Source: Candidatus Rifleibacteriota bacterium (lineage in GTDB: Bacteria; Muiribacteriota; Ozemobacteria; Ozemobacterales; Ozemobacteraceae). Taken from it: a stretch of 64,000 bases of DNA. This document shows, piece by piece, positions 19,717-30,248 of this stretch. Each line of letters starts with the position of its first letter. Positions within the stretch are counted from its first letter, which is position 1. The notes under the pieces are model-generated. The model was not told the DNA's origin and did no database searches. It saw nothing but the letters and a program-made list of their open reading frames with translations. The stretch is from assembly GCA_051747585.1 (NCBI GenBank), contig JBNJGH010000003.1, forward strand, positions 1,980 through 65,979. Reading direction: 5' to 3'. Made by a program: the position numbers and the translations under genes.

Positions 19717-19771
19717 GAGCGAAACTGACTGGTGGTTTCGACTATCGCTCAACCACCAGTCAGCTTCGCTC
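19717..19771. terminator. Long, near-perfect hairpin between the convergent S2P and ferritin genes
   Basis: gagcgaaactgactggtggtt (19717-19737), a 13-nt loop, then aaccaccagtcagcttcgctc (19751-19771). The 21-bp stem has 1 mismatch and is flanked by A/T runs. Confidence 0.45.
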
Positions 19772-19793
19772 AACTACCAGTTAAAAAACCTGG

Positions 19794-20321
19794 TCAGGCT
19801 TCTTCTGCGGTCGGATTCATTGGGTCGCCGCCTGAAGGCCTGGTTGCCAGTTCTTTATCGACCATAAACATGCCACCGGGTGCTGCACCGGTAAGATTGA
19901 ACATATCTATTACTTCCTGCACTGAAGACTCTTCTTCGACCTGCTCAGAAACGAACCAGTTCAGCATGTTAACTGTTGAGTGATCTTTTATGGAAAGAGC
20001 CATATCCATGAGCTCGTTTATACATTTGGTAATGTGAGCTTCGTGTTTAAGCGCTTCTTCAAAAGCCTGCTTTGCAGATTTCCAGGATTTTGGCGGAGCT
20101 TTTAAAGCCTTGAGCTCAACCGCCGCGCCTTTTTCTTCAAGATAATTCATAAAGCGCACTGCATGGCCCATTTCTTCCATTGCCTGATTTCTCATCCAGA
20201 TCTGCATACCGGGCATACCTTTGTCGGCTGCATATTCAGCCATTGCAAGGTAAAGATAAAAAGAATAAAGCTCTTCTTGAATCTGCTTGTTAATTGCATT
20301 AACCATTTTCTTATCAATCAT
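19794..20321 (-). CDS. ftn: Ferritin (non-haem bacterial ferritin)
   Basis: Ferritin-like di-iron ligands (E..EE.GHA, E..H) and overall similarity to Ftn: ELYSFYLYLAMAEY ... AMEEMGHA. Confidence 0.8.
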   Translation of the reverse strand: MIDKKMVNAINKQIQEELYSFYLYLAMAEYAADKGMPGMQIWMRNQAMEEMGHAVRFMNYLEEKGAAVELKALKAPPKSWKSAKQAFEEALKHEAHITKCINELMDMALSIKDHSTVNMLNWFVSEQVEEESSVQEVIDMFNLTGAAPGGMFMVDKELATRPSGGDPMNPTAEEA

Positions 20322-20391
20322 TTGCTGCTCCTTTAAATAATATTTCTTCTCAAAGTCTATTTAATAGTACTCGTTACTGCAAATATTTTTT

Positions 20392-20859
20392 TTATAGTCG
20401 GTCATCAAAAGTTTGAAACCTTTTCAATAAATCATTTGTAGGATTTTTCTCGTGATGTCTTAACACCATTCTCACAATTTTTTTTTCAAATCCAAGTTTT
20501 TTAAGCAATTTTGCTCCGGCAATACAATGAGCGGTATTTTTGACCGGAAAAAGCACTTTGGCAACCTTAAAAATAATAGTATGGCGGGTTACGCCTTTTC
20601 CTATGTCGTGTAACAGAGCCAGCTTCAAAAGCGTTTTTTTCTCGAATTGGGAAATGTTTTTATCTTCGAGAATAGCATTATAAACTCTTAAAACATGAGC
20701 CTTTTCTGATCTACGCAAGCGATTAAGATGAAAATGGCAATCCAAAGGCATTGTTTTTACCGCATCATTCCATTGTTTTTTACTATATTTTGGCAACAAA
20801 ACCTGTTTAAATTGCCAAATTCTATAAAGAATTCTATTAAACAAATTTGTCCCTGACAT
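20392..20859 (-). CDS. HD-domain phosphohydrolase
   Basis: LLHDIGK ... HH... HD motif. Confidence 0.5.
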   Translation of the reverse strand: MSGTNLFNRILYRIWQFKQVLLPKYSKKQWNDAVKTMPLDCHFHLNRLRRSEKAHVLRVYNAILEDKNISQFEKKTLLKLALLHDIGKGVTRHTIIFKVAKVLFPVKNTAHCIAGAKLLKKLGFEKKIVRMVLRHHEKNPTNDLLKRFQTFDDRL

Positions 20860-22209
20860 TTATTTTTTCCTGTTGTATCGTTCTGGCCAGAGCTTTTTCA
20901 AGCGATCTGATACGAACTTTTCTTTACCTGTATTCTTGGGTCGATAAAAAAGCCTGCCGGAAATTTCATCAGGTAGATAAGAATCTTTTACAAAGCCCCC
21001 CGGATAATCATGAGGGTATTTGTATTCTTTGCCGTAGCCCATATCTTTCATCAAACCTGTCGGCGCATTCCTGATATGAAATGGAACAGAAGGCTCATTA
21101 CCTTCTTTGATAGCTCTTTTAAGAACTCCTTCAGCTTTATAAAGAGAGTTGCTTTTTGGCGCCGAAGCTAGATAAACAGCCAGTTGTGCCATAAAAAGAT
21201 GCCCTTCGGGTGGGCCAACGTAATCAAAAGCCTGTGCTGCTGACATCGCCAGAGTTAAGGCATAGGGGTCTGCCATTCCCACATCTTCGCTGGCAAACCT
21301 GATCATACGCCTGAGAATAAATTTGCAATCCTCTCCCCCTTCTATCATGCGATAAAGCCAGTATAAGCTGGCATCCGGGTCTGAGCCCCTCATCGATTTA
21401 TGCATTGCAGAAATAAGGTTGTAGTGCTCTTCCCCGCCTTTGTCATATCTAAGAGACTTTGCCTGAAAACTGTCTTTTACAAGTTCGAGAGTGACTTCAG
21501 GCTCGTATGGATTATTCTGACGGGCAACTTCATGACAGGTTTCAAGAACATTCAATCCGATCCTGGCATCTCCGGAGGCCATAAGAGCGATTCTTTCCAG
21601 GGCTTCTTCTTGAATTTTCACTTTGGGCTCTTGATTCAGCTGCTCATCTGATTCAAGAGCACGCAGAAGAATATTAATCAAGGCATCCTCGGATACCGGC
21701 TTGAGCGTCAAAACCTGACAACGAGACAATAAGGCCGAAATGACCTCGAAACTTGGATTTTCGGTTGTCGCACCAATAAAAATTACGGTTCCATTTTCAA
21801 TATGAGGCAGAAGCGCATCCTGTTGAGCCTTGTTGAATCTATGTATTTCATCGACAAAAAGCAAAGTCTTTCTTCCCGATGAGCGGCGAAGATTGTCTGC
21901 TTTTGCAAACACATTTTTCAGATCTTTTACCCCTGATGTTACTGCAGAAAGTTGAATAAACTCAGAATCAGAGGTTTTAGCCATTACTCTTGCAAGTGTT
22001 GTTTTTCCGCAACCGGGCGGGCCCCAGAATATAATTGAACCGCTCAGGCCTGCCTCGAGTAAAATACGCAGTGGTCTGCCTTCACCAAGGATGTGTTCCT
22101 GTCCGAGAATTTCTTCTATTTTCTCGGGGCGCATTCGGTCAGCTAATGGCTGATATGGCCTGGAAGCCTGCAGGTTGCCTGATTTTTCGAGATTAAAAAG
22201 ATCGTTCAT
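20860..22209 (-). CDS. rarA: Replication-associated recombination protein A (AAA+ ATPase, MgsA/WRNIP family)
   Basis: GPPGCGKTTLARV Walker A, DEIHRFNKAQQD Walker B/sensor, and the conserved RarA C-terminal domain. Confidence 0.85.
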   Translation of the reverse strand: MNDLFNLEKSGNLQASRPYQPLADRMRPEKIEEILGQEHILGEGRPLRILLEAGLSGSIIFWGPPGCGKTTLARVMAKTSDSEFIQLSAVTSGVKDLKNVFAKADNLRRSSGRKTLLFVDEIHRFNKAQQDALLPHIENGTVIFIGATTENPSFEVISALLSRCQVLTLKPVSEDALINILLRALESDEQLNQEPKVKIQEEALERIALMASGDARIGLNVLETCHEVARQNNPYEPEVTLELVKDSFQAKSLRYDKGGEEHYNLISAMHKSMRGSDPDASLYWLYRMIEGGEDCKFILRRMIRFASEDVGMADPYALTLAMSAAQAFDYVGPPEGHLFMAQLAVYLASAPKSNSLYKAEGVLKRAIKEGNEPSVPFHIRNAPTGLMKDMGYGKEYKYPHDYPGGFVKDSYLPDEISGRLFYRPKNTGKEKFVSDRLKKLWPERYNRKK

Positions 22210-22211
22210 TT

Positions 22212-22766
22212 TCAGGCAATCAGCTGATCTTGAATTTCACTCATTGCCTTTAATGACAAAGCAATGAATTCAGGAAACTCGATCCCGGCTTTTTCGCACT
22301 CAAGAATATTTTCGCGCGAAACGCTTCGGGCAAAGCCTTTTTCTTTCATTCGTTTTTTTATTGATTTAACCTTTACCGAAGAGATTTTACGATCAGGATA
22401 AACCAGTGCACAAGCCACTATAAGCCCGGTAATACTTTCTGAAGCTGCAAGAGCATGGTCTAAAACCGACTCACGCCTGGCCCCGGTTTCTTCGTTGTGG
22501 GCTTTTATCGCATGCAGATATTCGTCTTTAAAACCTTCTTTTTCAAGCATTTCTGCAGCCACCGCCGCATGCCTTTTCATATCCGTTCCGACTATATCGA
22601 GGTCCATATCATGTAGAAGTCCTAGAATTTCCCAATCCTGAGCCGGCTCGCTCAGTTTTTCTGCAACTGCCTTCATAACAGCACCGCTGGCCAGGCAATG
22701 TTTTCTTAAGTTTTCTGTTTTTAAATTTTCGTAAAGTAATTCCAAAGCTTTTTCTTTACTTATCAT
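22212..22766 (-). CDS. HD/HDIG-domain protein
   Basis: LGLLHDMDLD ... H..H pattern. Confidence 0.45.
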   Translation of the reverse strand: MISKEKALELLYENLKTENLRKHCLASGAVMKAVAEKLSEPAQDWEILGLLHDMDLDIVGTDMKRHAAVAAEMLEKEGFKDEYLHAIKAHNEETGARRESVLDHALAASESITGLIVACALVYPDRKISSVKVKSIKKRMKEKGFARSVSRENILECEKAGIEFPEFIALSLKAMSEIQDQLIA

Positions 22767-22781
22767 GCTGTCTTCCTTTCT

Positions 22782-23636
22782 TTAAAATGAACTGATATCG
22801 GCCAGATCTTTCTGGGTATTCCTGGCAAGCACTTCAATCACTTTCCAGGTATGGCGTCTGTATGCCATTGCAACCTCGTGGGCAATTTCCTTCAGACCTT
22901 TGCGACTCATAGGTTGTTTTGGATAAACCATAAGTTTACGGGTAGTTAAAAAAACCGCCTTTTTGATAGGTAGATGTTTGACCGCCCAGTCTTTAAACTC
23001 GGCATTGTCGAGCAAAACCCCGGCAGTAGCCAAATCAAGACCACCAGATTCTTCTTTGATAAATGCAGGCGCTTGCCCATTTCGATGAAAGCAATCCTGG
23101 CAGGGCAACAAACCGTTCAATTTTTTTATATCTTTAATCCATATTCTTTCAGTGCCGGTTCCGCATTCCAATAAAGGATCGTGATAAAATTCCTGATTTT
23201 TTCTTATCCAGGCGATAGTTGGAGAATCTTCAGGTTTTTCAGATTTTTCTTTTTTTATTTCTGATTCTTTTTTATCTGATAATTTTTTTACAAAACTTGC
23301 AGGCATAATCTCTGCTTCTTTTTCTTCAGATTTTGTCGAAGAATAAAGACCGGTAAATATTTGCTGTGCTTCAGGGTATTTCTTTTTTTTGAAAGATCGA
23401 TCAGGAAAAACGTAACCATCGGCATAACCAACCGGAGTTAATTGGCTGCCGGATGATTCTGAAAGCACATGATCTGCATCAATTAAAATTTCTTTGCCAT
23501 TTTGGATTGCAATAAATGCATCGGGTCTGTTTGCCTGCTGAGAAAATGAAACCGAAACAGATGCAAGAACAACAAAAAGCAAAATATATATAAATTTATT
23601 TTTCACTTGGTTATCACCTTTTTTGATTTTGTACAC
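22782..23636 (-). CDS. Secreted hypothetical protein
   Basis: Signal peptide followed by a Lys/Glu-rich linker, then a Cys-containing C-terminal domain. No family I recognise. Confidence 0.35.
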   Translation of the reverse strand: MYKIKKGDNQVKNKFIYILLFVVLASVSVSFSQQANRPDAFIAIQNGKEILIDADHVLSESSGSQLTPVGYADGYVFPDRSFKKKKYPEAQQIFTGLYSSTKSEEKEAEIMPASFVKKLSDKKESEIKKEKSEKPEDSPTIAWIRKNQEFYHDPLLECGTGTERIWIKDIKKLNGLLPCQDCFHRNGQAPAFIKEESGGLDLATAGVLLDNAEFKDWAVKHLPIKKAVFLTTRKLMVYPKQPMSRKGLKEIAHEVAMAYRRHTWKVIEVLARNTQKDLADISSF

Positions 23637-23765
23637 TCAGTCTAACAAAGAATGAAAAATTTTTCGCGCTGATTTTATTTCTCGAATTCGAGGAGAAAAG
23701 CAATATCATTATCAGCAAAACAAAAATTGTTTTACAAATAGTTGAATTCAGGTTTTATTTAATCC

Positions 23766-25637
23766 ATGTGCGGAATTAATGGAATTATATTATTTGATCA
23801 ATGTAAGCCTTCTAGCGAATTAGCTCATATCGTAGAACTGATGAATGAAAAAATCATTCATCGGGGACCTGACGAAGAAGGTTGCTTTGTTAATAACAGC
23901 CTGGGACTTGGAATCAGAAGGCTATCGATAATTGATTTAAAAACCGGAAGCCAGCCGATTTTCAATGAAGACCACACCCTGGTAATGGTTTGCAACGGAG
24001 AGATTTACAATTTTAAAACCCTACGCCAGATTTTGATTAAAAAGGGGCACCTATTCTCTACTCGAACAGATTCCGAAGTAATTATCCATGCATACGAAGA
24101 ATATGGCAATGATTTTTTAGACAAGCTGGAGGGAATGTTTGCTTTTGCCCTTTATGATATTAAGCAGAAAAAAGTCATTCTCGCCCGCGACAGATTAGGA
24201 GAAAAACCCTGTTACTTTTACAAAGATCAGCATAGACTTATTTTTGCCTCAGAACTTCAAAGTTTACTGTCTACGGGTTATATAAAAAAAACAATTAACA
24301 AGCATGCCCTTGCCCAATACCTTCAATTAACCTATATACCTTCGCCATTAACTATTTATGAGGGTGTTTACAAGCTTAAGCCCGCCCATTATCTGGAGAT
24401 AAACCTAAATGGAGATATAAAAGAGAATTGTTACTGGCATCTTTCATATAAAAAGACCTTAATGGGCTATGATGATGCATGCCAGACACTGAGGAAGAAA
24501 ATTCTTGAGTCCGTTAAAAACTGTATGATCAGCGATGTGCCGGTTGGAGCTTTTTTAAGCGGGGGAATCGATTCGGCTTCGATTGTCAGTTCTATGGCTC
24601 AACTTTCCGACAAGCCCGTAGAAACCTTCACCATTGGTTTTGCCAATAAAAAGTTCGATGAACGAGATAAAGCCAGGCTGGTTGCAAACCTGTATAAAAC
24701 CAATCACCATGAATTTGTTTTGAATTTTAACCAGGCCATAACTATGATAGACAGGCTCATAGAAACTATGGCAGAGCCTTTTGCCGACATATCAACCTTG
24801 CCCACCTATTTTATTTCGCAATTTGCATCTGAACAGGTCAAAGTTGTGCTGACCGGTGATGCCGGAGATGAAATTTTTGGCGGATACAACAAATACTTAA
24901 TAAATTACTTTTCTAAAATTTACTGCAAAATTCCACGATTCCTACGCAAAGGATTCATAGAGCCGATCGTATTTAAAATTAGAGACCGGAATTTTTTAAG
25001 CAGAAAAATAAAAAAAGTTATATCAGCCTCTGAAAAGTCCTATCTAGAACAGAGTATTGATCTAATGACTCTTGGATTTAAGAGAAATGAGCTCGAACTA
25101 CTTCTAAATCCACAACACTATCAATCTGACAGTTTAAAATTCATAAAAGAAATCTATAAAGAAGCACCGGCCAACGATTCTTTGAACAAAACCCTTTATA
25201 CAGATTTAAAGGTCGTTCTAGAAGGAGATATATTTAATAAAGTCGATAAAATGAGCATGTTAAACTCCCTTGAAACCCGAGTTCCGTTTGCAGCCAGGTC
25301 TATTGTCGAGTTTGCCGCAACACTACCGATTGCCTATAAAATTAAAAATAAAAATCTTAAAATCATTCTAAAAGACAGCATGCGAAATGCATTGCCCCCC
25401 CAAATTTTAAATGCGCCGAAATCAGGATTTGAAATTCCCCTGGGCCATTGGTTTCGAAATGAGTTAAAACCAGAGCTCCTGGCGGTTTTAAACAAAAAAA
25501 ATATCGAAAAGCAGGGATTTTTTAACTATTCTTATATAAACCGTATAATACAAGAACACTTGAGTTGCAAAGTCAATCGAAGATATGAGTTATGGGTATT
25601 GTATGTTTTTACAAAGTGGTATTCGAAGCAACAATAA
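23766..25637 (+). CDS. asnB: Asparagine synthetase (glutamine-hydrolysing) family amidotransferase
   Basis: N-terminal MCGI (Ntn-type Cys2), SGGIDS PP-loop, and AsnB length. Confidence 0.85.
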   Translation: MCGINGIILFDQCKPSSELAHIVELMNEKIIHRGPDEEGCFVNNSLGLGIRRLSIIDLKTGSQPIFNEDHTLVMVCNGEIYNFKTLRQILIKKGHLFSTRTDSEVIIHAYEEYGNDFLDKLEGMFAFALYDIKQKKVILARDRLGEKPCYFYKDQHRLIFASELQSLLSTGYIKKTINKHALAQYLQLTYIPSPLTIYEGVYKLKPAHYLEINLNGDIKENCYWHLSYKKTLMGYDDACQTLRKKILESVKNCMISDVPVGAFLSGGIDSASIVSSMAQLSDKPVETFTIGFANKKFDERDKARLVANLYKTNHHEFVLNFNQAITMIDRLIETMAEPFADISTLPTYFISQFASEQVKVVLTGDAGDEIFGGYNKYLINYFSKIYCKIPRFLRKGFIEPIVFKIRDRNFLSRKIKKVISASEKSYLEQSIDLMTLGFKRNELELLLNPQHYQSDSLKFIKEIYKEAPANDSLNKTLYTDLKVVLEGDIFNKVDKMSMLNSLETRVPFAARSIVEFAATLPIAYKIKNKNLKIILKDSMRNALPPQILNAPKSGFEIPLGHWFRNELKPELLAVLNKKNIEKQGFFNYSYINRIIQEHLSCKVNRRYELWVLYVFTKWYSKQQ

Positions 25638-25713
25638 TTTGTTTACCAACCAAAATTTATAAATTAATAATTTAAAACGTGTTAATCTATTTGCCTGCTT
25701 AAAACTTGCTTTC

Positions 25714-25742
25714 TTGTATTATAAAAGGCGATATGCTATAAA
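25714..25742 (+). promoter_or_regulatory. Candidate sigma70-like promoter upstream of the GT4 gene
   Basis: TTGTAT, a 17-nt spacer, then TATAAA, about 60 nt upstream of the ATG at 25800. Confidence 0.3.
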
Positions 25743-25799
25743 TATTTTCGTCGAGCCTTATTCAAGAACCATCCCCAAACTCACCTAAGACTATACCCG

Positions 25800-26924
25800 A
25801 TGAAAACCCGAAAACGAATTGCATTCTCAGCTTCTTCCAAAGCTTTTTTGCGGTCCCGCAAGCACTTAATAAGCAAGCTGGCCAAAATGGGCCACGAAGT
25901 CTTTTGTATAGTACCCATAGAAGAAGGCGAGAACTGTAAAAACGAATTCGGCGCGGAATTTCATTGTTTACCCCTGCAAAAAACGGGATTTAATCCTTTC
26001 AGTGACCTGAAATTTCTATTGGGCCTTATAAAGCTTTTTCGCCGCCTGAAAATCGACATGACAATTGCTTTTACCATAAAACCTGTCATTTATTGTTCAA
26101 TTGCGGCCAAAATTTCTCGAGTCCCCTTTGTAAGCTCAGTTATTACCGGACTGGGCTACGCTTTTGTTAACAATTCTTTTCACCAGAAATTTGCCGGGTT
26201 TATAGCCTCAAAACTATATAAGATAGCTCTTGCCTGTAATCAAAAAGTCTTTTTTCTCAATCCTGATGACCAGATAGAGTTTTTGAACCTTGGAGCGGTC
26301 AAGCCAGATCAATGTGCAATCATAAATGGCCCGGGAGTTGATCTTGAACACTTTAATTTTTCGCCCTGGGAATCAAACAAAACCAGCTTTGTATTGATTG
26401 CTCGAATGTTAAAAGAAAAGGGAGTGATGGAATTCGTCGAAGCAGCCCGCAAAATAAAAGAAGTTTATCCTGAAACTGAATTTAACATAGTTGGACCTTC
26501 AGATCCCGGCCCTTCAGCAATAAGTATAAAAAAACTCGAAGACTTTACACGCCGGGGCCTGGTTAAATATCTTGGTTACACCGATGATGTGCGAACTTAT
26601 TTGCGGAATTCTGCCGTTTATGTGTTACCTTCTTATTATCGGGAAGGAATTCCAAGAACTAATCTTGAAGCAATGGCAATCGGAAGAGCAATAATTACAA
26701 CTGATACTCCCGGATGCAGAGAAACTGTTCAAAATGGGAAAAATGGTTATCTAATACCTCCACGTAACAGCAGCGCTCTGGCCAAAGCTATGCTAAAATT
26801 TATTGAGAAGCCATCACTCGCGAATACGATGGGAAAAGCAAGCCGAGAATTGGCAGAAAAAAGTTTTGCCGTGAATGAAATAAATCATTCTATGATGTCC
26901 GACCTCAATCTATTAGAAACCTGA
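25800..26924 (+). CDS. Glycosyltransferase family 4 (GT-B, RfaG-like)
   Basis: C-terminal EGIPRTNLEAMAIGRAIITTDTPGCRE E-x7-E-type motif. Confidence 0.8.
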   Translation: MKTRKRIAFSASSKAFLRSRKHLISKLAKMGHEVFCIVPIEEGENCKNEFGAEFHCLPLQKTGFNPFSDLKFLLGLIKLFRRLKIDMTIAFTIKPVIYCSIAAKISRVPFVSSVITGLGYAFVNNSFHQKFAGFIASKLYKIALACNQKVFFLNPDDQIEFLNLGAVKPDQCAIINGPGVDLEHFNFSPWESNKTSFVLIARMLKEKGVMEFVEAARKIKEVYPETEFNIVGPSDPGPSAISIKKLEDFTRRGLVKYLGYTDDVRTYLRNSAVYVLPSYYREGIPRTNLEAMAIGRAIITTDTPGCRETVQNGKNGYLIPPRNSSALAKAMLKFIEKPSLANTMGKASRELAEKSFAVNEINHSMMSDLNLLET

Positions 26925-26937
26925 CCGGGAGTTTACC

Positions 26938-27831
26938 GTGAATTATTTAAACGAAAAAGAAATAACTTTTGGCCAATTCAAACAAGTTGCCTTACAGCAT
27001 TACGGGTGGGCATTAATTTGTATTATCTCATTACTTTTTCTCGAAAGCTTTTTCTTTATTTATCCGCCCCGCGGCTTTGTTGCCGAAGATTTCGTTACTT
27101 TGGGCAGCATAAAAGGGCAACCTCTGTTATCTATTGACAGCCTCTGGCAAAGCAAAATCAGCGACGATATATTTATGCTTGATATTCTAGATGGTTCTGA
27201 AATAAAAAGGTTTAAAAACCGTGTAGAAAAATTGAGATACATAGAAAATAATTTGCGCCCCAATCTTCATTTTACCAGTTTAAACAAAACTATTTTTAAA
27301 ATAACCTTTATTCAACCTTCAGCAGAAAAAATCAGGCCGTTTTTGAATGTTTTTACCAAAAAGTTTCTCGATCAAGTTGCCTTAATAAGCCGGGAACAAT
27401 TGCAAAACAGAAGAAGAAACGCCAATTTTTTTTATCGGCAATTGTTGCGACGTAACGCTCTAATTCACAGCTTATTCAAACCTACAACCAAGTTTGAAAA
27501 AATAATTCCCGATCAGAAAAGTCGAATAGACAACGTATTTCCTCAAGATGAAGATAGCTGGCTTGGCAAAATTGGTCTTATAACAATTAATGAGTTAAAT
27601 AAATACCTTTTTAGAGCTCAAACTATGTTAAAAGATTATACTGACGAACAACAGAAAATATTGTCTTTGTTCCCATTTACTCACAAAAGACTCACCGATC
27701 CCGAAATGCCTCCCAAGCCTGTACAACCCTTTTTGTTTGTATTTCATATTTTTGTAGTTATAGCGATTTTCCTTATCTATATTGCCGGATTGTTTTATTA
27801 TTTTCCCTTTAAAGACGAGGACAAGTCGTAG
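26938..27831 (+). CDS. Hypothetical membrane protein with Wzz-like topology (two TM helices flanking a soluble domain)
   Basis: An N-terminal TM helix and a C-terminal TM helix (FLFVFHIFVVIAIFLIYIAGLFYYF). GTG start. Function is inferred only from topology and gene context. Confidence 0.3.
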   Translation: MNYLNEKEITFGQFKQVALQHYGWALICIISLLFLESFFFIYPPRGFVAEDFVTLGSIKGQPLLSIDSLWQSKISDDIFMLDILDGSEIKRFKNRVEKLRYIENNLRPNLHFTSLNKTIFKITFIQPSAEKIRPFLNVFTKKFLDQVALISREQLQNRRRNANFFYRQLLRRNALIHSLFKPTTKFEKIIPDQKSRIDNVFPQDEDSWLGKIGLITINELNKYLFRAQTMLKDYTDEQQKILSLFPFTHKRLTDPEMPPKPVQPFLFVFHIFVVIAIFLIYIAGLFYYFPFKDEDKS

Positions 27832-29052
27832 ATGGAAAGAGGCGTTACCGATGACTCTGCATTTCCCTTACCCCTTTCTCTTTACATCATTTTTTTTCCC
27901 ATAGCTATAGGAATCCTTGGACCAAGTTTCATTGTCGCCGACATATTTTTTCTTTTATTTATTTTTGCCTGTCTCATTAAAGCCTTTATTAGGAAACAAT
28001 TTACCATTATTTCTTTAGACGCTATATTTTTAATTTTTCTTGGGTGTACGGCATTCGGCAACAATATTACCGCTCACTTGCCCGCCTATTTGTTTGAAGT
28101 AGCTTCTCTTGTTTACATGTATGCAGGATCTCGATGCATACTAAGCCAGATTGACAGTAGCGAAAAACTAAACCAATTTATTGATCTGATAAGAAAAGTT
28201 TTTATTATATTTTTGTTATTTTCCGCCATCATAATAATTTTCAGGGCATTAGGTTTTAATCACATAACCGAGTCATTTTTCAAATATGGTAAAAATTACA
28301 AAGGCTTTTTTAATTTTACCAATCAGCTATCCATCTTTTTTGCCTGTTTATGGCCAATTACAATTATTGGCTTCTCTGAAAAGCCGGCTTGGAGATTTTT
28401 CTTTTACTTTATTTATTTAGTCATTCTCAGCTACACAGGATCTCGCAGCGGCTTCTGGATAGGTCTTGGGCAAACCACTCTAATTGAAATTCTTTTTTGC
28501 AACAAAAAACAGAGCGCATTTTTAGTGGCACGAGCTTTTGGCCTTGCCGCCGTTCTTTTTTTTGTTATAACCATTATGGCAACCATGCCGTCTTTAAACA
28601 GGAGTTTAGGACAAAACAAAGACGCTTCTTTGAGCCTGGATCAACCAAGAATTATAAACTTCCGCAATGCTTTTAACAATTCAAAATCCTGGCTAAGCGG
28701 ATATGGTTTAGGCTGTTTTGACCAGGTCTATCGCTTCGAAGTCCACAGCACTCCGTTGTCAATTTTAGTTGAAACAGGAATCTGTGGTTTTCTGTCTTTG
28801 TCGCTGGGAATTATTATTTTTGCTAATGCTTTTTTAAGGGCAAGTCCCGACCGATCCCTACCAAACCTGAAAAAAGCTCTTATCATTTCTTATTTGGGAA
28901 TTATAGGAATTGGAACAGTTAATTATTTGTTTCGAAACCGTTCCTGCTGGTTATTATTTGCAATAACCCTTGTATTTATAAAAATCCAAAGTAAAGAAAA
29001 AGTTTTACTCAAAACATTTGCAAAGACTTCTGGCGAATATAAACATAACTGA
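27832..29052 (+). CDS. O-antigen polymerase/ligase family (Wzy-like) polytopic membrane protein
   Basis: About 10 TM helices and a Wzy_C-like loop (GYGLGCFDQVYRFEVHSTPLSILVETG). Confidence 0.6.
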   Translation: MERGVTDDSAFPLPLSLYIIFFPIAIGILGPSFIVADIFFLLFIFACLIKAFIRKQFTIISLDAIFLIFLGCTAFGNNITAHLPAYLFEVASLVYMYAGSRCILSQIDSSEKLNQFIDLIRKVFIIFLLFSAIIIIFRALGFNHITESFFKYGKNYKGFFNFTNQLSIFFACLWPITIIGFSEKPAWRFFFYFIYLVILSYTGSRSGFWIGLGQTTLIEILFCNKKQSAFLVARAFGLAAVLFFVITIMATMPSLNRSLGQNKDASLSLDQPRIINFRNAFNNSKSWLSGYGLGCFDQVYRFEVHSTPLSILVETGICGFLSLSLGIIIFANAFLRASPDRSLPNLKKALIISYLGIIGIGTVNYLFRNRSCWLLFAITLVFIKIQSKEKVLLKTFAKTSGEYKHN

Positions 29053-29944
29053 CCAGCATTTTTTGAATAAAGCCTTTCCACATAGACCTCAATATTTCAT
29101 TTCGTTTTAAAAATCTGGCATATCTTAAAAATCTAAAAGTCTCACTAAGGCTCAGATGCCCAATACTTGCCAATCCTGTTTGAAAAAATTCTTTTGAAAG
29201 CGCAGTTTTATAAAATTTACCACCTTTATATTTTTCAAGAATTTTCATTCTGTTTTCATGCATATATTTGAAATTAAAAACGGTATTGCTGTCGTGTATT
29301 CTATACTTGGCAACGGGCACAGGCAAAGACCGCAATTTACCTCCCGCATCAGACAATTTAAGCCACATATACCAATCCTCTATTTTAATATTAGAATCAT
29401 AACCACCGACGTTTTGAACAGCATCTCTTCTAAGTAGGGCTGCAGGCCCTGAAGGTATGTATTTTTGCATTATAAGCTCCTCAAAACTATGCCAATGATC
29501 CATACCTTTTTGTATTTTTAATACTTTACCCTCTTCGTCAATCAATTCGTATCCACCGAAAGCTGCAGAAATTCTTGAATCTTTTTCTAATATTGGAAGT
29601 AAAATTTTTATCTTTTCGGGCAAAAGAATATCGTCAGATGCAACAACCATAAAATATTTGCCGTCTGCCCAGGCAAGTCCCTCATTTAAAGTTGGCGTAA
29701 GCCCTTTGTTAGGTCTATTTCTATACTCAAACCTCTTTAAAGAGGCTTGGCAAATATTGAGTATTGGCTTGATACGTTCATTGGTTTTGTCGTTTGAGCC
29801 ATCATTAATCAATATAAATTCCAGATTGTTATAATCCAGCCTCAAAACGCTTTTTACAGCTTCAACAACAAATTTTTCATGATTATAAGCCGGCATACAA
29901 ACAGAAATTAAGGGGTTATTTTCAGTTGTTTTTTCTTTTGCCAT
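29009..29944 (-). CDS. Glycosyltransferase family 2
   Basis: ISVCMPAYNHEKFV ... LINDGSND GT-A signature. Confidence 0.8.
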   Translation of the reverse strand: MAKEKTTENNPLISVCMPAYNHEKFVVEAVKSVLRLDYNNLEFILINDGSNDKTNERIKPILNICQASLKRFEYRNRPNKGLTPTLNEGLAWADGKYFMVVASDDILLPEKIKILLPILEKDSRISAAFGGYELIDEEGKVLKIQKGMDHWHSFEELIMQKYIPSGPAALLRRDAVQNVGGYDSNIKIEDWYMWLKLSDAGGKLRSLPVPVAKYRIHDSNTVFNFKYMHENRMKILEKYKGGKFYKTALSKEFFQTGLASIGHLSLSETFRFLRYARFLKRNEILRSMWKGFIQKMLVSYVYIRQKSLQMF

Positions 29945-30248
29945 GAGTTTTATTATGTACGTTACCTACTTTTTTAAAAAGTAGCAGCAGAATAGAATTT
30001 ATAATCTAGAACAAAAAACATACTTGGGCAAGACATAAAGATTGTAATACCAGACAAAGCTCTATTGTATGGAATCAACTCCTTGAATTTTCGAATATAT
30101 TGGAATAAGCTATAGCTTGATTGAATGTTTTCTACGCTCAAATACTTGCAGATGACTGCTTGAAAAAAAAGACAGTTAAATTAGCTATTCAGCAAATTTT
30201 TCACGTAATTTTCCAGTCTCCAACATCAAATTAAAATTCTGAAAAAAA

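Noticed and set aside
22782-23636. Possible c-type cytochrome (haem-binding motif) in the secreted protein
   Set aside because: The sequence is C-Q-D-C-F-H, that is CxxCxH, not the CxxCH motif required for haem attachment.
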